Of a stretch of 24,920 nt of DNA, positions 18,824-24,920 are shown one piece after another (positions within the stretch are counted from its first letter, which is position 1; each line of letters begins with the position of its first letter). Made by a program: the position numbers and the translations under genes. Source of the DNA: an uncultured Oscillospiraceae bacterium (GTDB lineage: Bacteria; Bacillota; Clostridia; Oscillospirales; Butyricicoccaceae); the NCBI GenBank assembly GCA_964629605.1, contig CAZVRM010000001.1, positions 1-24,920 on the forward strand, given 5' to 3'. Under the pieces are notes generated by a model. That model was not told where the DNA came from. It was given only the letters and a program-made list of their open reading frames with translations, and did not search any database.

Positions 18824-19444
18824 TTAACCGCCATAGAGCATAGGCACCTGCCCGGTCAGCAGCACCTCCTCCAGCACCACCTGCTGGTCGCAGGAAACCT
18901 CCCGTGTGCCGCCGGGCAGCACCACCGTCATGTCCACAGAAAGCTCCAGCACCACCCGATAAAGCACCTGATTGACCCCGGCCTGCTGCAGCGTGCTGTC
19001 CACCGACACCCGGGCGCTGCCCACCGGGATGAAGCGGATCTCGATGAGCGGCCCCCGCTCCATCAGCAAAACGCCGCCGATCACGGTGCCGATGGGCACG
19101 GGATAGGCCTGTTCCTGCAATCCGTCCAGCTTTTGGGACAGGCACTTGCCCACCGCCGCCTGATAGCTGCGGACGGCGTTGCTGTCGATGGTGATAAGAC
19201 TTTTATTATCAGCAGTTGTAAAGGAGGATAGCTTTTCAGCAGTTTTTGTCTCGGCCGCGGCATCCAGCACCAGCTGGGTCACCAGATTGCGGCAGCGGCT
19301 CTCCCCATAAATGGCCACCAGCTCCAGCAGATCCCGGTAGCCGTATACGCAGGAAGTCACCAGCAGGACAAAAACCAAAAGTCCTGCCAACCGCCTGCCC
19401 AAATGCTTGGGCGGCCGTCTTCGCCAATGCCGTCTGCGACGCAT
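18824..19444 (-). CDS. yunB: Sporulation protein YunB
   Basis: Basic N-terminus plus TM segment, 'VPIGTV.G..L...GP.I.IRFIPVG', 'AGVNQ', 'G.VP.LY'; ATG after GAGGGGAG. Confidence 0.9.
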   Translation of the reverse strand: MRRRRHWRRRPPKHLGRRLAGLLVFVLLVTSCVYGYRDLLELVAIYGESRCRNLVTQLVLDAAAETKTAEKLSSFTTADNKSLITIDSNAVRSYQAAVGKCLSQKLDGLQEQAYPVPIGTVIGGVLLMERGPLIEIRFIPVGSARVSVDSTLQQAGVNQVLYRVVLELSVDMTVVLPGGTREVSCDQQVVLEEVLLTGQVPMLYGG

Positions 19445-19465
19445 TTTTACCACTCCCCTCACAAA

Positions 19466-19473
19466 ATCCTATG
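19466..19473 (-). promoter_or_regulatory. Possible sigma-E/K -10 element of yunB
   Basis: CATAGGAT upstream of the RBS; -35 weak. Confidence 0.4.
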
Positions 19474-19512
19474 CAAATGAGGCATTTTTTGCGCCAGAAA
19501 ATCCCGGCGGCA

Positions 19513-19541
19513 TTGCATTTTTTCTGCGGCTATGGTATGTT
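19513..19541 (+). promoter_or_regulatory. Sigma-A-type promoter of the DUF2284 gene
   Basis: TTGCAT-17 nt-TATGTT with TGn extension. Confidence 0.55.
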
Positions 19542-19571
19542 GAAGCCAGCCGCACGGAAGGGAGCGTTTTT

Positions 19572-20114
19572 ATGGAGATTTTGCAGCGGGAGATTGCCGT
19601 TTCCGACTTTTTCCGGGATTGCGTGGACATTCCCCGGTTTGCCGAATGCTGTCAGCTTTGTCCCAATCATAAAAGATTGTGGTCTTGTCCGCCCTTTGCC
19701 TTCTCCCCCGCCGATGTTTGGCAGAAGTACAGCACCCTGCTGCTGCAATGTCGGGTGATTCCCGTGCCGGAGTCCCTGCAGCAGCAAATCCTTTGTCAGC
19801 AGGACATCAACGAGCAAAGCCGCGCCCTGCTCCAGCCCCATAAGCGTGCCATGCTGCAGGAGATGCTGTCGCTGGAAAAGCAGTTTCCGGGCAGCTTTGC
19901 GCTGGATGCGGGAAGCTGTGACCGCTGCGCTGTCTGCACCCGTCCGGAGGGACTTCCCTGCCGCCATCCCGAGAGCCTGCGGTATTCGGCAGAAACTTTG
20001 GGCGGAGATGTGTGTAAAGCCCTTAAGCTTTACTTCGATAAAGAGATTCTCTGGGGCAAGGACGGCCATATGCCGGCCTATTATCTGCTCCTTGGAGGCC
20101 TTCTAAAACGGTAA
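19572..20114 (+). CDS. DUF2284-like Cys-rich predicted metal-binding protein
   Basis: 180 aa; 'CQLCPN...WSCPP', 'GSCDRCAVCTR...PCRHPE.LRYS.E.LG.DV'; GGAAGGGAG RBS. Confidence 0.8.
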   Translation: MEILQREIAVSDFFRDCVDIPRFAECCQLCPNHKRLWSCPPFAFSPADVWQKYSTLLLQCRVIPVPESLQQQILCQQDINEQSRALLQPHKRAMLQEMLSLEKQFPGSFALDAGSCDRCAVCTRPEGLPCRHPESLRYSAETLGGDVCKALKLYFDKEILWGKDGHMPAYYLLLGGLLKR

Positions 20115-20131
20115 ACAGAGAAACAAACACA

Positions 20132-20291
20132 GGCGCGTTGCAAAATGCGATTTGTCATTGCGAGGCCTGTGAAGCAGGCCGTGGCAATCCGTTTTTCCTG
20201 TGATGGAGGATACGGATTCCCACGCAAAATGCCGCCAAATGGCGGCATACTTGCTCGGAATGACAAGGGGTGTGGCATTTTGCAGCGCGCC
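20132..20291. repeat. Palindromic multi-arm intergenic element, copy 2
   Basis: 17 bp terminal inverted repeat GGCGCGTTGCAAAATGC/GCATTTTGCAGCGCGCC, the same core blocks as copy 1, three internal hairpins; lies between convergent genes. Confidence 0.88.
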
Positions 20292-20312
20292 CTTTTTATC
20301 ATTTTTATCTTG

Positions 20313-21029
20313 TTAATCCAGCGCCAGAGAGGCCTCCAGCAATTTTTTTGTATAGGGGTGCTGGGGTGCGTCGTAGACGGTGTCCACATCGCCCTCCTCC
20401 ACGATCTCGCCCCGATACATGACGGCCACCCGGTCGCAGATCTGATAAACCACCGAAAGGTCGTGGGAAATGAACAGATAAGACAGGCCAAGCTGTTCCT
20501 TCAGATCCACCAGCAGCTGCAAAATCTGCGCCTGCAGGGTCACGTCCAGTGCCGAAACCGGCTCGTCCAGCACGATGAGCTTGCTGCCCTGAATGAGGGC
20601 GCCGGCGATGGCTACCCGCTGCCGCTGTCCGCCCGAAAGCTGGGCGGGGCGGCGCTGGAGATGTTCCTCCTCCAGACCTACCAGCTTGAGCATTTCCAGC
20701 ACCTTTTCCCGGCGCTGTACCTTATCCCGGATGCCGATGGCCCGAAGAGGCTCCTCCAGGATCCAGCCAATGGTTTTGGCGGGATTCAACGAGCCATAAG
20801 GATCCTGAAACACCATCTGGGGGCGGACGGCATTGACCGTCAGTTCGCCCTCGATGTCGGTGACCAGACCCAGCAGGCACTTGGCAAGGGTGGATTTACC
20901 CGAGCCCGATTCGCCCACCAGACCCACGACCTGCCCCTCTTCAATGGTAAGAGAGACATTTTTCAGATAGCGGAGACGGCTTTTGCCCTTTCCGTAATAA
21001 CCGGAAAGGTTTTTTGCACAGACGATCAT
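20313..21029 (-). CDS. Peptide/nickel ABC transporter ATP-binding subunit (DppF/OppF/NikE-like)
   Basis: GESGSGKS, 'VFQDPYGSLNP', LSGGQRQR, 'LDEPVSALD', 'HPYTKKL'; ATGA overlap. Confidence 0.92.
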   Translation of the reverse strand: MIVCAKNLSGYYGKGKSRLRYLKNVSLTIEEGQVVGLVGESGSGKSTLAKCLLGLVTDIEGELTVNAVRPQMVFQDPYGSLNPAKTIGWILEEPLRAIGIRDKVQRREKVLEMLKLVGLEEEHLQRRPAQLSGGQRQRVAIAGALIQGSKLIVLDEPVSALDVTLQAQILQLLVDLKEQLGLSYLFISHDLSVVYQICDRVAVMYRGEIVEEGDVDTVYDAPQHPYTKKLLEASLALD

Positions 21030-21829
21030 AGGCGCACCTCCCCTTTCAGCTTCCGGCGTGTGGGTCGGGAGGCGATCAGCCGCTTGGTGTATTCCTCCCG
21101 GGGATGATAAAAGACCTGCTCCACCGGGCCTTCCTCCACGATCACGCCCTTCTGCATGACGATCACCCGCTGACAAAGGTTGCGGATCACGCCCAGATCG
21201 TGAGAAATGAACAGGATCGCCGTGCCTTCCTTGCGGTTGATCTCTTTCAGTGTTTTGAGGATCTCCGCCTGAATGGTCACATCCAGCGCGGTGGTAGGCT
21301 CGTCGGCGATCAGCAGTTGGGGACGCAGTACCAGTGCGGCGGCGATCATCACCCGCTGGCGCATACCGCCCGAAAGCTCGTGAGGATAGCAGTGATACAG
21401 CCGCTCAGCATCATCCAGTTCGGCCAGTTCCATGGCCTCCAACGCCCGGGCGCGGCGCTCCTCTTTGGAAAGCTTGGTGTGGATGCGGAGGGATTCCTCC
21501 ACCTGCTTGCCGATCTTCATGGTGGGATTCAGCGAGGTCATGGGCTCCTGGAAGATGATGGACAGTTCCTCGCCCTGATAGCCCCGCAGTTCCTCCCGGC
21601 TCATGGACAGCAGGTCGGCACCGTCAAACTCGGCCGTGCCGCTGATGGTCACGTCGCTCCGCTTGACCAGACCCATAATGGTGTGAGCCGTCATGGACTT
21701 TCCCGAGCCGGATTCGCCCACGATGCCCACGATCTCGCCCTTTTCCACCTGAAAACTGATGCCTTTGACGGCGTGGAAGGGCTCTTCCCGGTCGTGGAAG
21801 ATGATCGAAAGATTTTTGACGTTCAGCAT
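21026..21829 (-). CDS. Peptide/nickel ABC transporter ATP-binding subunit (DppD/OppD/NikD-like)
   Basis: GESGSGKS, '[11 protein letters not shown]', '[12 protein letters not shown]', 'ADEPTTALD'. Confidence 0.93.
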   Translation of the reverse strand: MLNVKNLSIIFHDREEPFHAVKGISFQVEKGEIVGIVGESGSGKSMTAHTIMGLVKRSDVTISGTAEFDGADLLSMSREELRGYQGEELSIIFQEPMTSLNPTMKIGKQVEESLRIHTKLSKEERRARALEAMELAELDDAERLYHCYPHELSGGMRQRVMIAAALVLRPQLLIADEPTTALDVTIQAEILKTLKEINRKEGTAILFISHDLGVIRNLCQRVIVMQKGVIVEEGPVEQVFYHPREEYTKRLIASRPTRRKLKGEVRL

Positions 21830-21830
21830 A

Positions 21831-22628
21831 TCATTCCACCCTTTCCCGCAGGCCTTCGCCCACCATGCCCACGCCCAAAATGATGAGGATCACCACCAGC
21901 GCGGGAAAAACGGTACACCAGGGGGCGGAAAACAGAATGCCCTGGGCTTCGCTGAGCATCCGTCCAAGGCTGGCGTCGGCGGGGCCGACGCCGATGCCCA
22001 GATAGCTCATGGAAGCCTCGGACAAGACGGCGTTGTTGAAGCCGATGGTCAGGCCGGACAGCAGTACCGGCCAGATATTGGGCAGGATATGCACAAACAT
22101 GATGCGCCAGTGGGAAACACCGGCCAGCCGCGCCGCCCGGACAAAGTCCCGATCCCGATACTTGAGGAACTCGCCCCGCACCAGTCGGGCAAAGCTGGGC
22201 ACAAACAGCAGTCCCAGCGCCGCGATAATGTTATAGGTGCCCGGGCCGATGACAGCCACCACCACCATGGCCAGCAAAATGCTGGGGAACGCGGTAATGG
22301 CATCGCAAATTCGCATGATGACGGCATCTACCAGGCCGCCGTAATAGCCGCACAGGGAGCCGATCAGGATACCGAAGACAAAGCCCACCAGCACCACCGC
22401 CAGCGCGATGACAAGGGTGGTGCCTGCGCCGTCCAGCGTGCGGGAAAGCACATCCCGCCCCAGCTGGTCACAGCCGAAGGGATGGGTCAGCGAGGGGGAT
22501 GCCAGCTTGTCGGCGGCGCTCAGCTTGCCGGGGTCGTGGGGCGTCCAGAAAAAGCCCAGCACCATGTAGCACAGCATCACCGCGCTGAGCACAAGGCCAA
22601 AGGTCAGATACCAGTTACGCTTTTTCAT
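21831..22628 (-). CDS. Peptide/nickel ABC transporter permease (DppC/OppC-like)
   Basis: 'HPFGCDQLGRDVLSR', EAA-like 'FVRAARLAG', 'HILPN'. Confidence 0.93.
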   Translation of the reverse strand: MKKRNWYLTFGLVLSAVMLCYMVLGFFWTPHDPGKLSAADKLASPSLTHPFGCDQLGRDVLSRTLDGAGTTLVIALAVVLVGFVFGILIGSLCGYYGGLVDAVIMRICDAITAFPSILLAMVVVAVIGPGTYNIIAALGLLFVPSFARLVRGEFLKYRDRDFVRAARLAGVSHWRIMFVHILPNIWPVLLSGLTIGFNNAVLSEASMSYLGIGVGPADASLGRMLSEAQGILFSAPWCTVFPALVVILIILGVGMVGEGLRERVE

Positions 22629-22632
22629 GCCC

Positions 22633-23577
22633 TCACCGTCCTTTCAGCCGGGGATCCATCACCCGGTAGAGCACGTCTGCCAGAAAATTGCACAGCACCA
22701 CCATGGCCGCCACCAGAACGATGATGGCCTGCACCACCGGATAGTCCCGGTTTCCGATGGAGGAAACCAGCATCTGCCCCAGACCGGGTACGGTAAACAC
22801 CTGCTCCACCACGATAGAGCCGGCCACCAGTTCGGCGATGGTGGTGGCCAAAAAGGTGACCACGGGGATCATGGCGTTGCGCAGCACGTGCCGCCACAGA
22901 GCGGAGCTTTTGCTGTTGCCCTTGGAATAGGCCGTGCGGATGTAGTCGGCGTTCATCTCGCTGAGCACCGAGGAGCGCAGCATCTTGACGGTCATGGCGC
23001 TTTTGGGCAGCGCCACCGCCAGAGCGGGAAAGAGCATATACCAGAGGTATCCTCCCACATCCTCGGAAGGCGCCACATAAGCACCCGGCTGGAACACCTT
23101 GAGCACCAGGCCGAACAGAAACACCAGTCCGATGCCCACCACAAAGTTGGGGATGGACATACAAATCTGATTGAGCACGGTCAGCACCCGGTCGATGACA
23201 CCGCCGGCGTACCGGGCGGCGATCAGTCCCAGCGGAATGGAAAACACCACGATGAGCAAAAAGGACAGCACTGCCAGCGTCAATGTGGGGGCAATGCGGC
23301 TGGCCAGCAGATCGGCCACCGGCATATCAAAGTTATAGGAAATGCCGAAGTCACCCTGCACAAAGGCGGTGACCCAGCTGCCGTACCGCTGCAGCAGGGG
23401 CAGATCCAGCCCCAGCTCGGCCCGCAGGGCGGCGATCTGCTCCTCGGTGGCGTTCAGTCCCAGAATGGCATCGGTGGGGTCGCCGGGAATGATGGAAAAG
23501 GCCACAAAGGCCAGCACCGTCACCAAAAACAGGGTGACGATGAGCAGCAGCAGCCGTTTGAAAATCGTTTTTACCAT
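22633..23577 (-). CDS. Peptide/nickel ABC transporter permease (DppB/OppB-like)
   Basis: 'IPGDP', 'LGLD.P...RY', 'GDFGIS', 'DYIRTAYSKG', 'HVLRNA', 'RDYPVVQ', 'DPR'. Confidence 0.93.
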   Translation of the reverse strand: MVKTIFKRLLLLIVTLFLVTVLAFVAFSIIPGDPTDAILGLNATEEQIAALRAELGLDLPLLQRYGSWVTAFVQGDFGISYNFDMPVADLLASRIAPTLTLAVLSFLLIVVFSIPLGLIAARYAGGVIDRVLTVLNQICMSIPNFVVGIGLVFLFGLVLKVFQPGAYVAPSEDVGGYLWYMLFPALAVALPKSAMTVKMLRSSVLSEMNADYIRTAYSKGNSKSSALWRHVLRNAMIPVVTFLATTIAELVAGSIVVEQVFTVPGLGQMLVSSIGNRDYPVVQAIIVLVAAMVVLCNFLADVLYRVMDPRLKGR

Positions 23578-23602
23578 TGGGGGAAGCCTCCCCTTTCACG
23601 CA

Positions 23603-23633
23603 GGAATGGGGCTGTCCTCAGACAACCCCTTCC
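23603..23633 (-). other. Intercistronic stem-loop after the substrate-binding protein gene
   Basis: Minus strand GGAA-GGGGTTGTC-TGAG-GACAGCCCC-A-TTCC; no U-tract. Confidence 0.55.
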
Positions 23634-23636
23634 CGA

Positions 23637-24920
23637 TTATTTGTAATAGATGGTGGACATATCCAGAACGTAGGTGGCATAAAACACCATGCCGTCCAGA
23701 CGGCGATCCATGACCACAAGGTCACACAGATCCTGCAGCCAGAGGCTGCCCACCTGCTCGTTGAGGATCTCCTGTGCACGCTGATAGAGCGCCACCTGCT
23801 CCTCCATGTCCAGGGTGGTCATGGCCTGCGCCACAACGCTGTCGAACTCCCCATCGCTGAAGTTGATGAAGTTCTTGGAATGGTCGGTGGTATAGCGCTG
23901 GAGCATCTCGCGGGCGGTCATATCGCTGGCGGCGATGCCGCTGACGGTGGCCTCATACTGGCGACCCTTGTAAATGTCCTGAACCCAGGTCTCCCAGGGT
24001 ACTTCCTGAACCTCGGCAGTGATGCCCACGGCAGCCAGCTGCTGGGAAAGAACCAGAGCGGTGTCCACGTGCTGCCGATAGTTGCCCGGAGCGACGATGG
24101 TCATGGAGAAGCCGTTGGGATAGCCGGCCTGTGCCAGCAGTTCCTTGGCTTTTTCAACGTCATAGGGATACTTTTCAGCCAGCTCGGCCACGAAGTACTT
24201 GGTAAAGGCCGGATACATACTGGTGCCGGTAGGCACACCTGCGCCGTCGCACACGAAGTCGATGACCTCCTGCACGTTGATGGCGTAATACATGGCCTGA
24301 CGGACGCGCACATCGTCAAAGGGCTTGACGCTGTTGTTGATATACAGCGCCTGCACCAGCTTCATGGTGTCCTGCAGCACGGCAAAGTCCTGGGCCACCT
24401 CGGCAGAGACGGTATTGGGCAGGTGGATGACCATATCCAGCGTGCCACCTTTCAGACCCATGACCAGAGTGTTGGTGTCGGTGATGATTTTGAAGGTGAC
24501 CTTCTCCAGCTTGGCGCTCTCACCCCAATAGCCGTCAAAACGAACCATTTCCATGCTGTTCTGGGGCTGATAGGACACAAAGGAGAAGGGGCCGGTGCCC
24601 ACGGGGGCGGTGGCGATGGTATCGCCGGAGTCCTTGGGGACGATGGCGGCCGTCATGGCGTTGATAAACTCCAGACTGGGAGATGCCAGAGACACCACCA
24701 CCCGGCCCTCGCCGTCGGCGGCGATGCCGGTCACATTAGAAAACGCCGTGATCAGAGGTGTTCCATCGTTCTCCGACCCGGCGCAGCGTTCCAGGGAATA
24801 CAGGACATCTTCCAGCGTGACCTGATTTCCGTTGTGGAACGTTACGCCTTCCCGAAGGGTAAAGGTGTAAGAAAGTCCATCGTCAGACATTTGGTAGTCA
24901 CTGGCCACGGCGGGAATGAC
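23637..24920 (-). CDS. Family 5 ABC substrate-binding protein (DppA/OppA/NikA-like), N-terminus outside the window
   Basis: 'YTFTLREGVTFHNG', 'PVGTGPF', 'PFDDVRVRQAM', 'YDVEKAKELLAQAGY'; frame is open to the window edge. Confidence 0.92.
   Translation of the reverse strand, partial: VIPAVASDYQMSDDGLSYTFTLREGVTFHNGNQVTLEDVLYSLERCAGSENDGTPLITAFSNVTGIAADGEGRVVVSLASPSLEFINAMTAAIVPKDSGDTIATAPVGTGPFSFVSYQPQNSMEMVRFDGYWGESAKLEKVTFKIITDTNTLVMGLKGGTLDMVIHLPNTVSAEVAQDFAVLQDTMKLVQALYINNSVKPFDDVRVRQAMYYAINVQEVIDFVCDGAGVPTGTSMYPAFTKYFVAELAEKYPYDVEKAKELLAQAGYPNGFSMTIVAPGNYRQHVDTALVLSQQLAAVGITAEVQEVPWETWVQDIYKGRQYEATVSGIAASDMTAREMLQRYTTDHSKNFINFSDGEFDSVVAQAMTTLDMEEQVALYQRAQEILNEQVGSLWLQDLCDLVVMDRRLDGMVFYATYVLDMSTIYYK

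Overview
GC-rich chromosomal window from a spore-forming Clostridia-type Firmicute (inferred from gene content). Almost every gene is on the minus strand. In transcription order (right to left): a 5'-truncated Opp/Dpp/Nik-family ABC transporter operon; a convergent plus-strand DUF2284 Cys-rich gene; yunB; ligA; an atypical Spo0A-family regulator; the complete spoIIIAA-AH operon; an Asp23-family gene; then nusB, a TsaD/Kae1-like paralog, xseA, xseB, ispA, dxs, tlyA, nadK, argR and recN. Two tandem paralogous GNAT genes follow, and then a new promoter and the probable 5' end of a T-box leader at the left edge. Most of this is conserved housekeeping and sporulation synteny. The stand-out observations are: (1) a Spo0A paralog whose receiver lacks the phospho-acceptor Asp and the conserved Lys, with a tandem 0A-box-like pair just upstream of its sigma-A-like promoter, sitting directly in front of spoIIIA; (2) two ~155-160 bp intergenic palindromic elements sharing a conserved multi-arm fold with compensatory, sequence-swapped arms; (3) a divergent TsaD-like gene coupled to nusB. 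Starts were refined by eye from RBS and stop/start overlaps. No database searches were run.
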